Under the pieces are notes generated by a model. It made no database searches, was not told the DNA's origin, and saw only the letters and a program-made list of their open reading frames with translations. Below are positions 41,427 through 52,800 of a DNA stretch of 64,000 bases, one piece after another. The first letter of the stretch is position 1; each line of letters begins with the position of its first letter. The position numbers and the translations under genes are program-made. The DNA is from Candidatus Dojkabacteria bacterium (lineage in GTDB: Bacteria > Patescibacteriota > Dojkabacteria > SC72 > JAFGCJ01): positions 14,288 to 78,287 of the forward strand of contig JAFGIK010000026.1 of assembly GCA_016929645.1 (NCBI GenBank), written 5' to 3'.

Positions 41427-42461
41427 TTACTTAGCCACTTCTCTTACTTTTTTTTCAACCTCGATCGCTAGTTTTTTATCTTCTTTTAATAAGGAAATCG
41501 CAGACTCCTGACCTTGAGCAATATTCTTATCACCGTACTTGACCCAAGCTCCACTTTTCGAAAAAACTCCATATTTAACAGCAGCATCAAAAAGGCTACT
41601 TTCTTTATCAATCCCATGGGGATACCTAATCGTAAACGTTGCTTCACGAAATGGTGCAGCTACCTTATTTTTGACAATCTTAACTTTGCGAATATGTCCA
41701 ACAACTTGATCACCTTCAAGGATCTTCTCCTTTTGTCTTATATCCATCCTTATAGAAGAGTAAAATTTCAAAGCATTTCCACCAGTAGTTGTCTCAGGAT
41801 TTCCAAACATAACCCCGATCTTCATTCGAATTTGATTAAGGAATATGACGGTAGTATTAGTCTTACCACAAATAGCAGTTATTTTTCTTAGAGCTTGAGA
41901 CATTAATCTTGCTTGAAGTCCCATGTGACTATCACCCATATCGCCTTCAATCTCAGCCCTCGGGGTCAATGCTGCAACAGAGTCTATTACGATAACATCA
42001 ATAGCAGAAGATCGAACAAGAGTCTCCAATATTTCTAAAGCCTGCTCACCAAAATCTGGCTGAGAAATATATAACTCTGCAATATCAACACCAATGCTTT
42101 TAGCGTAAACAGGATCTAAAGCGTGTTCTGCGTCAATAAAAGCAACCTTACCACCTTGCTTCTGTGCTTCAGCTAAAATATGCAAGGCCAAAGTTGTCTT
42201 GCCTGAGGATTCTGGACCAAAAATTTCGATAATTCGGCCACGGGGAATACCTCCGACACCAAGTGCTAAGTCAAGTGAAATCGCACCTGTGGAAATAACA
42301 TCCACATCTACTTTACTTCTTGAACCAAGTTTCATTATTGAACCCTTACCAAATTGACGCTCAATATGCTCTACTGCGGCAGAGATTGCTTTAGATTTAT
42401 TCTGGTCTTCAGGATTCTGGGCAGATTTTTCTTCGCTTTTTTTCGGTTTATTTGTTGTCAT
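41427..42461 (-). CDS. recA: recombinase RecA
   Basis: Walker [10 protein letters not shown], whole-length RecA similarity. Confidence 0.95.
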   Translation of the reverse strand: MTTNKPKKSEEKSAQNPEDQNKSKAISAAVEHIERQFGKGSIMKLGSRSKVDVDVISTGAISLDLALGVGGIPRGRIIEIFGPESSGKTTLALHILAEAQKQGGKVAFIDAEHALDPVYAKSIGVDIAELYISQPDFGEQALEILETLVRSSAIDVIVIDSVAALTPRAEIEGDMGDSHMGLQARLMSQALRKITAICGKTNTTVIFLNQIRMKIGVMFGNPETTTGGNALKFYSSIRMDIRQKEKILEGDQVVGHIRKVKIVKNKVAAPFREATFTIRYPHGIDKESSLFDAAVKYGVFSKSGAWVKYGDKNIAQGQESAISLLKEDKKLAIEVEKKVREVAK

Positions 42462-42611
42462 ATAAAAATATATATTAATTTAAATCCGAAAAAAGAATAA
42501 CAAAAATAATCTATTTTGGTCAAAAACAAGTCTATGCTATAATGAATTTTTAATTAATATTATGGAAAAACCCATCAGACAAAGATAATTATAATATAGG
42601 ATAAATAACAC

Positions 42612-43040
42612 ATGACCCGAATTAAAACCGAACTTAAAATAGAAGAGAGTTCCAGTCAGCAAATAGCTAAGAAATTAAAAGAGCCAGTAAACGGTTTTCT
42701 TGATTTTTTAAATAAATATTCAATTATATCTTTCTCTATAGGTGTAATTGTCGGCCAAGCAACCAAAGATACCGTAAATATTCTTGTGTCTGGCATTATT
42801 AGTCCTGCAATACAGCTTGTTATGCCAAATATTGATTTGACAGAATTTACTGTCAATATTAATAAATCTGAATTTCAGATTGGATTGTTCATGAATTCAC
42901 TAATACAAATGCTTATTGTTATGGCTATTGTTTACATTGTTGTTGGAATAATTTTCAAAAGACGAGACTTACTAAAAATTCCAACAAAAAAATTACCAAA
43001 AAAATCGAGCAAAACAAAGCCCATTGAAACACAAGAATAA
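42612..43040 (+). CDS. mscL: large-conductance mechanosensitive channel
   Basis: 142 aa, two TMs, N-terminal FLDFLNKYSIISFSIGVIVGQA pattern. Confidence 0.7.
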   Translation: MTRIKTELKIEESSSQQIAKKLKEPVNGFLDFLNKYSIISFSIGVIVGQATKDTVNILVSGIISPAIQLVMPNIDLTEFTVNINKSEFQIGLFMNSLIQMLIVMAIVYIVVGIIFKRRDLLKIPTKKLPKKSSKTKPIETQE

Positions 43041-43069
43041 TGTTACTTTAGTTTAGAATACTCGTAAAA

Positions 43070-44380
43070 ATGAAACAACCCGATAATAATGCTACTTTTT
43101 CAAGTGATACAAAGATGGAAAATATAAAAGAAGAGAAAGAATTAAAACACGATAAACCAAAAGAATCAGAAAAATCTGGTCGAAATTCAAAGGTTGAGTC
43201 TAAAATTGAACCTAAAACTTCTATAACAACAGAAAATACACAAAAGTTAAAATCAGAAGCCCCAACTCCCAAGAAAAAGAAAAAAAATCATGTGTTTAGG
43301 ACAATACTTTTAGTCTTAATTCCTGGAGTACTTGTTCTTGCATTAAAAGTTCAGGCTGACACAAGATTACATTTAGATAACATTGAAAGAACAAGGGAAG
43401 GGATTGAATACTATTATTTTAATGGATGGCCAATTGATGACATATATTCTGATTTTGAGGAAACTTATCCTGAAGATAACACTTTTGCACTATTGTTAAG
43501 CACATATAGCAATCAAAGGCCAGAGACATTTACTAATAAATTAGACAATTCAATCAACTTCGAACTTACTACAATAGAGACATCTCTTCATGATTTAGAC
43601 CAAAGAACAACTCAATTTTATGTTGATGAAATTGCCCAGGATACTTCGGAAATTGAGAAAACAAGAGCGGAAATATCTGAAGGTTTAGAATTAAACAATT
43701 ATTACCAAATAACATCCTCTCTTGGCGAATACGGGATTGAGATTTCTGAATTGGACAAAAAACAAAGGACTGAACTTGATGCTAGAATTACTGATAAACT
43801 TAACACAATCGAAGACATTGCTTTCATGGCAGGATTTTATGACTTGAATTTAGGTCATTATGTAGATGAATCCCAGCAGATTAATCTAAATGAACAGGAT
43901 GAACTTCAAAAATACTATCAACTGGAAGACTTAAAAAACAAAGCAGCTGCTGAATTCGATAATGCAATTTTAGCAAGAGGTGGTCAAATATCAGAGGGAC
44001 AAAGAATTTTCATTGTAATTCGATCTCAACACATGTATATGGTCGAAGATTATGAAATAATATACGATATGCCTATGTCATCAGGAAAATATGGCCATGC
44101 TACTGCACTTGGAGAATTTCAGGTATACGAGAAAGTACCAATGGCCTGGGGTATTTGGGAAATATGGATGCCCTACTGGTTGACGATTTACTATTCGGGC
44201 GGATCAGAAAATGGAATTCATGGCATCCCAATTTCACCTATAAATGGCAGATGGAGCAACTGGGATAATGTTGTCGGAGTGCAACCAATCACATACGGCT
44301 GCATCATGCCTCATGATTGGGATGCAAAATATATTTACGATTGGGCTGAAGTCGGCACACCTGTCAGTATAGTCTGGTAA
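43070..44380 (+). CDS. membrane-anchored L,D-transpeptidase (YkuD domain) protein
   Basis: C-terminal HGIPIS...TYGCIMP matches L,D-TPase His/Cys catalytic region. Confidence 0.6.
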   Translation: MKQPDNNATFSSDTKMENIKEEKELKHDKPKESEKSGRNSKVESKIEPKTSITTENTQKLKSEAPTPKKKKKNHVFRTILLVLIPGVLVLALKVQADTRLHLDNIERTREGIEYYYFNGWPIDDIYSDFEETYPEDNTFALLLSTYSNQRPETFTNKLDNSINFELTTIETSLHDLDQRTTQFYVDEIAQDTSEIEKTRAEISEGLELNNYYQITSSLGEYGIEISELDKKQRTELDARITDKLNTIEDIAFMAGFYDLNLGHYVDESQQINLNEQDELQKYYQLEDLKNKAAAEFDNAILARGGQISEGQRIFIVIRSQHMYMVEDYEIIYDMPMSSGKYGHATALGEFQVYEKVPMAWGIWEIWMPYWLTIYYSGGSENGIHGIPISPINGRWSNWDNVVGVQPITYGCIMPHDWDAKYIYDWAEVGTPVSIVW

Positions 44381-44390
44381 ATAAAGTACT

Positions 44391-44666
44391 TTATTTACTT
44401 TGTCCAGCTATACTTGAACTTGCTTTACCCATAGCTTTATATACAACCATATAATAGACCAGTGCACCTATCGTACTTCCTAAAAGAACTATAAGCATCC
44501 ACATTGTTCTATCATTTTGGTTTTTATTCGGAAATTCATCAACCTTTCTTTGAACAAGATCTATAACCATCCAAATCCAGAAAGATAATCCAGCAAGAAT
44601 AAAAATAGCAACTACGCCAAATATACACATTGGGAAAGCCATAAAAATAAGCGGAAGAAAAGCCAT
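44391..44666 (-). CDS. small two/three-TM membrane protein (PLDc_N-like)
   Basis: 91 aa hydrophobic ORF. Confidence 0.4.
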   Translation of the reverse strand: MAFLPLIFMAFPMCIFGVVAIFILAGLSFWIWMVIDLVQRKVDEFPNKNQNDRTMWMLIVLLGSTIGALVYYMVVYKAMGKASSSIAGQSK

Positions 44667-44716
44667 ACGTTTATATATTAAAATTAATCTATTTAAATAT
44701 TATAATAGCATCACTT

Positions 44717-45754
44717 ATGAAATACCAATATCTTGATATATTAGATTTAAATTTTCCATCATTCAGACAAAAACAGCTAAATCATGCTGTTTTTGTCAAT
44801 CTTATTGATAATTTTGAAAATTTATCAACATTCTCGAAAGATGATCGAGAGAAACTTTCACAAAAATTCTCTTTCCCATTTATATCCCCTTTAAACAATA
44901 AGGTTTCATCTGATGACCAGGTAATTAAAAAAGTATTCTCTTGTCAGGATAATCTTAATTTCGAGGCGGTTCTCCTTCGTCATGAAAAAAATAGGAATAC
45001 TGTTTGTGTTTCAACTCAAATTGGATGTCCACTTAAATGCCAATTCTGCGCCACAGGAAGTATGGGATTTACAAGAAATTTGACAGCTCAGGAAATTGTC
45101 GATCAGGTTCTTTATTTTTCACGTTTTTTATCAAAATTTAATGATAAAGTTACGAATATAGTATTTATGGGTATGGGAGAGCCTTTTCTTAATCCGAAAA
45201 ATGTTACAAATGCTGTAGAAATCCTCACAGATCCTAATCAATTCAATTTCGGCTCAAGAAGAATAACCATTTCATCAGTTGGAATTATTAAGCCAATGGA
45301 AGATTTTTTCACTAAATTTCCTCAGGTAAATCTTGCTATAAGTTTGCATTCTGCCAACACAGAGATAAGATCGCAAATTATGCCGAGTACAAACGCAGAT
45401 TCTTTAAAAGATCTAGCAATTTTTATAAAACGACATATTCATAAAAATAATAGACGTATGACACTAGAATACCTTATGCTGGAGAACATCACCGATCGGG
45501 ATATTGATATTGATTATTTATCAAGATTTTTCGAAGAGATAGGAAAGAACGCACACAAATTAGTGCATGTTAACCTTATCCCATTCAATAAAACAGGAAC
45601 ATCAACATTTAAGCCAACAAATCCCAGTAAAATAACTTTATTTAGAAGCAAATTGAGTAGTAAAGGAATAAACGTAACAATTCGGAAAAGCCTTGGTCAA
45701 GAAAAAAATGCTGCATGTGGAATGTTGGCGCTAAAGCAATTAAAGTCAATCTAA
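44717..45754 (+). CDS. rlmN: 23S rRNA/tRNA m2A methyltransferase RlmN (radical SAM)
   Basis: GCPLKCQFCATG and MGMGEPFLN motifs. Confidence 0.8.
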   Translation: MKYQYLDILDLNFPSFRQKQLNHAVFVNLIDNFENLSTFSKDDREKLSQKFSFPFISPLNNKVSSDDQVIKKVFSCQDNLNFEAVLLRHEKNRNTVCVSTQIGCPLKCQFCATGSMGFTRNLTAQEIVDQVLYFSRFLSKFNDKVTNIVFMGMGEPFLNPKNVTNAVEILTDPNQFNFGSRRITISSVGIIKPMEDFFTKFPQVNLAISLHSANTEIRSQIMPSTNADSLKDLAIFIKRHIHKNNRRMTLEYLMLENITDRDIDIDYLSRFFEEIGKNAHKLVHVNLIPFNKTGTSTFKPTNPSKITLFRSKLSSKGINVTIRKSLGQEKNAACGMLALKQLKSI

Positions 45755-45787
45755 TACTAATAGAGCATCAAGCAAAGCGGTAAGCTA

Positions 45788-47905
45788 CTATCGCACAAAC
45801 ATTTTCACATCAACACAAATCGCACGATCAATAGTCACAAGTACAGGATTTAAATCAAGACTAATTATTTCTGGATAAGCAATGAGCATTTTTTGTACAG
45901 CGTCAATCGTGTTCAAAACTTTATCAAAGGCTAATACATCTTTGCCACGAGCACCTTTAATTATCTTCCAAATTGCAGTCCTCTCCAACTTCTTTTCAAT
46001 AAATTCACTGGAGCTTGGAATCAATATTTGTTCAAGATCCTTGTAAATTTCGGTATAAATACCACCAGTTCCAAACATAAGTAAATGTCCAAGGCCAGTA
46101 TTGTCAGAATATACTTGTTTGGAACCATCCCTATTGGCACCGATAAAAAACTCTTTCTCAAATTTAATTTGCTCCTGTACCAATATAGAGGGTCTGTTGT
46201 TACCTGTTTTTTCCTGAATATCTGTTGCTAATTGATAAAAATTTGCTCTTAATGCTGCATCATCCTGAATATTAAAATAAATCGCCTTAAAATCAGTTTT
46301 ATGAACAATATCTGCAGTTGTAGCCTTCATCACAACAGGGAAACAGCTCTTTGCGAATGCAGCAACTTCTTCAATATTTGAGCTTACAAACTGTTTAGGT
46401 AAATCAAGACCGAATTCAGTTGCAATACTTGCCACAACGTTTTCAAATAATACTCCAGTTTCATGACTTGAATTTTGAATAATTTCATGGTGAAACTTAC
46501 CTTCAGTATACGCCGTGTCAATTGGTATAAATCGTGGATGTTCATTTTTTTCATCTTTATAACGGCCATACTCGTACATGCACGAAATAACATCAACAGC
46601 TTCACGAATAGAGTCGAAAACCGGAACTTTTGCATCGTACATCCGTTGTATGCCAAAAGATACATATTTTCCTCCTAAAAATACAGCATAAATAGGTTTT
46701 TTAGAGAATTTCGCACTCTCGATAATTAGTTTTGCAGTATCCTCTATCTGAGTTACAAGTTGAGGAGTCAGGATTATCAATATGCTATCAACATTATCAT
46801 CATGAATTAATGTTTCAATAGGTAATTTGTATCGTGCAGCAAGCGCATCACCGATAACATCAATAGGATTAAGAACGCTAGCTGTATCTGGAAGGCTATC
46901 TTTGATAGATTTTCTAGATTCTTCCGAAATTTCAGCCATCTTCAAACCTGATTTTAAAATAGTATCTGTAGCAATTATTCCCGGACCTCCAGCATTTGTA
47001 ACAATTGCTACATTTGGTCCTTTAGGAATATGCGTCCAGGAAAATCCCATTAAAAGATTAAACATTTCATTCTCTCCATTAACCTGAATTATTCCAGATT
47101 GATTCAGCGCAGTTTTTACAGTTTTCACAGATCCTGCAAGAGAACCTGTATGAGAAGCAATTGCTTTTTGTGCTTGTTCAGTCTCACCTGCTTTTAGCAT
47201 AACAATAGGTTTATTTGAGCTTGATGCAATATCCAGTATTTGCCTTCCCCCATCAAGTTCTTCAAGATATGCACCAATTACGCTCACTTTTTCGTGATTA
47301 ACAAAATACTTTATCAAATCAACTTCAGACACATCACTCTTATTGCCAAGTGAAACAAAGTTCGAAAATCCGAGATTTCTCGATAAGGACATGTCAAGAA
47401 TAGCTGTACATACAGCACCTGATTGAGACAAAAAAGCAATATTTCCTTCAATTGGATTGGATGCAGCAAAAGATGCATTAATCTTAGTCAAAGGGTTGAT
47501 CATCCCGAGACAATTAGGTCCCAGAAGTCTGATACCTGCTTTTTTCACTTTATTTGAAATTCGCTGCTCAAGAGCTTTACCTTCTTCATTAAGCTCACCA
47601 AATCCAGCAGAGATGATAATTACTGATTTAACATTTTTCTCAATACATTCATCTACAACTGGCTCGACAAATTGTGAAGGAATTGCAATACAAACAAGAT
47701 CTATCTCTTCACCCACAGCTTTAATAGAAGGATAAACTTTACGATCAAATAGCTCCTGGTACTTTGGATTTATTATAAAAATATCGCCCTCAAAACCAGC
47801 AGAAATAATGTTCAAGAGAAGGATCGATCCAATTTTTCCCGGATCAGAAGATACACCAACGATCGCAACAGATTTTGGATTGAGAAGAGAATCAAGATTA
47901 TTCAT
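45788..47905 (-). CDS. ADP-forming acetyl-CoA synthetase (acetate--CoA ligase, fused alpha/beta subunits)
   Basis: N-terminal CoA-binding KSVAIVGVSSDPGKIGS, succinyl-CoA-synthetase-like middle, ATP-grasp C-terminus; 705 aa. Confidence 0.8.
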   Translation of the reverse strand: MNNLDSLLNPKSVAIVGVSSDPGKIGSILLLNIISAGFEGDIFIINPKYQELFDRKVYPSIKAVGEEIDLVCIAIPSQFVEPVVDECIEKNVKSVIIISAGFGELNEEGKALEQRISNKVKKAGIRLLGPNCLGMINPLTKINASFAASNPIEGNIAFLSQSGAVCTAILDMSLSRNLGFSNFVSLGNKSDVSEVDLIKYFVNHEKVSVIGAYLEELDGGRQILDIASSSNKPIVMLKAGETEQAQKAIASHTGSLAGSVKTVKTALNQSGIIQVNGENEMFNLLMGFSWTHIPKGPNVAIVTNAGGPGIIATDTILKSGLKMAEISEESRKSIKDSLPDTASVLNPIDVIGDALAARYKLPIETLIHDDNVDSILIILTPQLVTQIEDTAKLIIESAKFSKKPIYAVFLGGKYVSFGIQRMYDAKVPVFDSIREAVDVISCMYEYGRYKDEKNEHPRFIPIDTAYTEGKFHHEIIQNSSHETGVLFENVVASIATEFGLDLPKQFVSSNIEEVAAFAKSCFPVVMKATTADIVHKTDFKAIYFNIQDDAALRANFYQLATDIQEKTGNNRPSILVQEQIKFEKEFFIGANRDGSKQVYSDNTGLGHLLMFGTGGIYTEIYKDLEQILIPSSSEFIEKKLERTAIWKIIKGARGKDVLAFDKVLNTIDAVQKMLIAYPEIISLDLNPVLVTIDRAICVDVKMFVR

Positions 47906-48191
47906 TTACCAATTGTTTCCTTTAATTGAAATAAATTGACATTAGATCAGAGTAAATAAAGGGCTTTATACTAGGTCAACTATAAATTACATCTACATTT
48001 TACTTATAATACAATACCAATAGATAAATTGTAACATAAGTCTATTTTTACAAAGAAAAGTCTAATAATAATATAGAACAAGTATTAAATCGAGACAAGA
48101 ATACATTGATAATTCGTTTTTAATATAGATAAAATTTTCAGGATTTTTTTAATATTTAATGTTAAAATAAAAATTTAAGGAATACTAAATA

Positions 48192-49064
48192 ATGAGCAAA
48201 GACAAATTTAACGCAATATGGGTTTCACATTCTTCAATAAGCGACTTTTTAAAATGCCCTAGAGCATACTATTTGAAAAACGTATATAAAGACCCAGTAA
48301 CAAACCATAAAGTTCAAATCATCACACCTTCACTGGCACTGGGTCAAGTTGTGCATGAAGTTATTGAATCATTATCCATTATCCCTACTCAGAGACGTTT
48401 TGAGGAGCCATTATCAGCAAAATTCGAAAGGGCCTGGACTAAGGTTTCCGGCAAAAAAGGCGGTTTTAATAGCGAAGAACAAGAGCAGGCATTTAAAAAA
48501 CGTGGAGAAATCATGATAGATCGAGTAAAAAATAATCCAGGTCCACTCAATAAACTTGCAGTAAAAATACAGATGGATCTACCACATTATTGGATGTCAG
48601 AGGAAGATAACATCATACTTTGCGGTAAAATCGATTGGCTGGAATATTTTAAGGATTCAGATAGCGTTCACATTATTGATTTTAAGACAAGCAAACATGA
48701 GGAAAAAGAAGATTCCATGCAATTACCTATATATCACCTACTTGTAAGAAATTGCCAAGGCCGAGAGGTTCAAAAAGCAAGTTATTGGTACCTTGATAAA
48801 GATGACAGCCCAGTAGAACAACAGCTGCCAGATGTTGAAATATCCGAAAAAAATATCCTTGCTATAGCAAAGAAAATCAAACTTGCACGACAATTGGATA
48901 GTTTTAAATGCCCAAATGGCGACGATGGCTGCTTTGCCTGCAAACCATTTGAAAAAATAGTTAAAGGTATGGCAGAAAAAGTCGGAATTAATGACTATAA
49001 TCAGGACATTTATATTGTTGAACAAGACAACGAATCTGAAGAGCAACAAAGTTTAGTGCTGTAG
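48192..49064 (+). CDS. PD-(D/E)xK (Cas4/RecB-like) nuclease with Fe-S cysteine set
   Basis: C22 plus C-terminal CPNGDDGCFAC; IIDFKTSK D/E-K motif. Confidence 0.6.
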   Translation: MSKDKFNAIWVSHSSISDFLKCPRAYYLKNVYKDPVTNHKVQIITPSLALGQVVHEVIESLSIIPTQRRFEEPLSAKFERAWTKVSGKKGGFNSEEQEQAFKKRGEIMIDRVKNNPGPLNKLAVKIQMDLPHYWMSEEDNIILCGKIDWLEYFKDSDSVHIIDFKTSKHEEKEDSMQLPIYHLLVRNCQGREVQKASYWYLDKDDSPVEQQLPDVEISEKNILAIAKKIKLARQLDSFKCPNGDDGCFACKPFEKIVKGMAEKVGINDYNQDIYIVEQDNESEEQQSLVL

Positions 49065-49154
49065 AACGTAAGACTCAGGTATGACAACTCTTTCGAATGT
49101 AGAATAAAATCAATAAAATCGCTTATTTATTAAGATTTCCCCTTCAAAAACTCA

Positions 49155-49679
49155 TTAATCTAGCTCTTCAACTGACAAGATTTGATTGTTGTTGTTCGCC
49201 CTAGCGATATAATATATTGAATATGTCTTATCAGCGACAAAAATATCGTTATAGAAAGGCAAATATATAAAATCTACATTATCAATAACCATAAAGTTCA
49301 AGTGCATATATGATCTCCCAAGCTGGACAGATTTCTGCTCAAATCTTGGCTTTCCTGTAGCAACTTTAACTTCGGTAGAATTTGATATACTTATTAACGA
49401 AATAAACATTACCACACCTACGATAAGCGATCCGAAGAAAACTGTAAGTCCTGCAATAAAATACCCCATTTTATTTTCGCTGTAGTTATAAATGGAATAT
49501 ACGTAAAGACCGAAAAACACTGAAGTAGAAACAAAACCGATACCCAAACTAACAATTAACCCCAGAATTGAACTCATCCGAAAACGTCCTTTTTGACCAT
49601 CAGAAATTTGACCAGCTTTATTCATTTGTAGATCAGATTCATTAAATCTAAAGTGTTTTTGTAGATTTGTTGTATACAT
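49155..49679 (-). CDS. hypothetical membrane protein
   Basis: 174 aa, 3 predicted TMs. Confidence 0.4.
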   Translation of the reverse strand: MYTTNLQKHFRFNESDLQMNKAGQISDGQKGRFRMSSILGLIVSLGIGFVSTSVFFGLYVYSIYNYSENKMGYFIAGLTVFFGSLIVGVVMFISLISISNSTEVKVATGKPRFEQKSVQLGRSYMHLNFMVIDNVDFIYLPFYNDIFVADKTYSIYYIARANNNNQILSVEELD

Positions 49680-49811
49680 TAAGGATTATTATACCATTTA
49701 AGATAAGCCATCTATTCAAAGAAAATAAAATCGAGATTAATACTCTACTCAAGACCCAGTAGTACACCCCATAGGTTTATTAACGGGGATACGTTCATAC
49801 TTTACAGATTA

Positions 49812-49840
49812 TTGACTTGATCGCTCGTTAATTGTATAAT
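49812..49840 (+). promoter_or_regulatory. sigma70-like promoter: -35 TTGACT, 17-nt spacer, extended -10 TGTATAAT
   Basis: Read directly about 55 nt upstream of the 49897 start. Confidence 0.4.
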
Positions 49841-49896
49841 ACCAACATATTTCAACTCGACATAATTAATATATATTAATTTATTAAGCTTTACAT

Positions 49897-52800
49897 ATGA
49901 AGCACTTTCGTAAGAACGTTGCAAAGATAATTGCAACAACGTTCATTTTATTTCTAGTCTCAAACCAGGTTTCACCTCTGATTGTTTTTGCTAATGAGGA
50001 AAACATCCAAGAAAATCAGGAAAACGTTGACGAATCTTCAACAACAGAGACATCGACAGACGATTCAGTAGACTCTGAAGTAACAACAACAGAGGCGAAT
50101 ACTGAAGAAGTCACAGAGAACCAAACAGAAGATACAGATGAATCTGAAACTCCTGTTGAGGAATCAACAGACTTGTCAGTTACTGAGACAGAGATTTCAA
50201 ATTCTGACGAAATTGAGACTAATATTGAACAGAATGATATTTTAGAGCCAATGCAATCAGATGTCTCTCCAAGTGCGGCAGGAAATAGTCCAATAACTGT
50301 CTATCTTGGTGACCCAATAAACATGTACGATGACGTACTAAATATGTACGTTATTGCAGAAAACGAAGTTGATCCTTCTGATCCTATCGTTTCTTTCACT
50401 TATAATATTCTCGGAACAGGACTAAACGGAACATTAAATAACGAAGTAACAACAGCATTGACTTGTATCATTAATGGACAAGCAGAAGGTGATCTTGGAG
50501 TAGATAATTGTGTGGCAATAGAAGGATCTAGATCCGTTTATAATATTCCTACCGGAACATACGATATACAAGTATGTGCATACGATGCTGCTGGAGATGT
50601 GGGATGTACAACAGATAGTATTATTGTCGAAAGACCAGTTGGCACGGAGCTAATGACTTACGGAATTCCTGAGGGATATCCAGTCACAGCTTTTCAAGCA
50701 AATGCTACTGCTGGAAATCCTTACGGTTTAACTCTTTATCTTGAATCAAGAATTACCCTTCCTGGTGCAGTATTCGACTGGGCTCCGATGTTCGATGAAT
50801 ACATCCCGGCAGGGACAACAACACTCTTCAATCAAGATGATATTATTGCTGCGACTATCGAAAGAGTCTATGGCGTAAGTGGATACGGATATAATCAATT
50901 CGATTCAAGCGTTTTACCAGAAGGACATTACGAATACAGATACGTATTGGTTGATGATTTTAATAGCTGGTCAAGAAGTATCTATTCACATCCTGGGTAT
51001 AACATTATTGATATGGCAGCAATAGGATTCCCTATGGATAGTAATAGTGATGGATATTCAAGAGAATCACAGTATGCAACTGCATATTACTTTAACTTCC
51101 AACCAGGAAATGTACCTCCAATAATTGATTTTGGTTCAAGCCAGACTATATTTGAAAATGAAGATGTAACATTCCCAGCAAGTTTCTATGACCCAAGTTA
51201 TAGAGCTAGCAGTCCTTTCTGGGGTGGAGCAAACGAACCAGATGACGCACCATGGACAGTTACTGTTGATTATGGTGATGGAGATACTTATGTTGATACT
51301 TATAATACCGACGGAATACTATCAATACCTAACCATACATACAGCGCTATTGGTACCTACACTGCTACACTTCAAATTTGTGAAGCTTCATATAACAGCG
51401 CAGGTTCATGGAATGGTGGCGGTTTATGGGGAAGTATCCAATGGGGAGATGGAGCATGTAGCACATCAACTATTACAGTAAATGTTATAAAAAATGTACC
51501 AGAAGTTGCGATAAGTGCTAATCCAGGATTTTCTGTACAAGAAGGAACAACTGTTACCTTAACAGCAAATGTAACCAACGGAGACGCACCTATATCTTAC
51601 GCATGGAGTGGTGATTGTATTGGTACAACTGACGAAGTTACACTTCCAGATACACCTGGAACATACACATGTACAGTGACTGTCACAGATAGTGATGGAG
51701 ATACTGATTCTGATACCGTTACAGTAGTTGTAAATGAAAATGTACCTACCGTTACAATAGAGGCACTACCTAGTGCAACAGTATACGAAGGTACAAATGT
51801 AATGATAATTGCTCATGCAGATGGCGAAGATACACCATTAACATATTTATGGTCAGGAGATCCTGTTTGTGATGGCGAAGTTGATACAAATGTAGCAATC
51901 CCAGGAGTTACTGGAGTATACACATGTACAATTACAGTTACCGATAGTGATGGCGATACTGCAACAGCAACTATTACAATAACTGTTCTAAACGAAACAC
52001 CAGTTCTTTCAGTGATTGCTAACCCTGGATTTACCGTTAACGAAGGTACAGATGTTACACTTATAGCTTCAGTTGCAAATAGTCACCCAGGTGATGTATA
52101 CGCATGGAGTGGCGATTGTAGTGGAGATACAAACACCGCAGTAGTTCCAGGAATCACAGGAGTATACACATGTACAATCACAGTTACTGATAGAGATGGT
52201 GATGTTGAATCTCAGACTGTTACGGTAACAGTTAACAATAGTGTTCCTACAGTTGCAATTACTGCAAACCCAGGAACAACCGTATATACAGGTACAACAG
52301 TAGTACTTATAGCTAATGCAAGTGGTGTAAATACACCTTTAACATACAACTGGAGAGGTAACTGTGCAGGTAGCAATACTACCGAGACTACAGTGCCAAA
52401 TACACCAGGAACCTATACTTGTTACGTAGATGTTACTGATGCAGATGGAGACATGGCAACAGCATCAATTACAATAACAGTATTGGCAAATCCAGTAGTT
52501 GTTCAACCTACCCAACCAATTGTTACACCAGTTCAGGCAGAAGAAGACGAAGATACAGAGGAAGAAGATAGCGATGTTTTAGGAGAAGAAGATGAAAATG
52601 ATGGAGACAACAACAATGACACATGCGAAGTTGACGCAACTATTAATGGATACGTCTACTACGACAAAAATGGTAATGGCAAGAAAGATGACGATGAGAA
52701 CGGAGTAAAAGATGTAAAGGTCACTATCTACTATCTTGATGATGACGGAAAACGAGTTGTTGTTGACGAAGTTAATACTGATACTGATGGATATTGGGAG

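Noticed and set aside
51480-52490. Regular about 250-nt repeats, checked as possible CRISPR-like array
   Set aside because: Period is far too long, repeats are in-frame coding PKD domains, no short conserved direct repeats with unique spacers.
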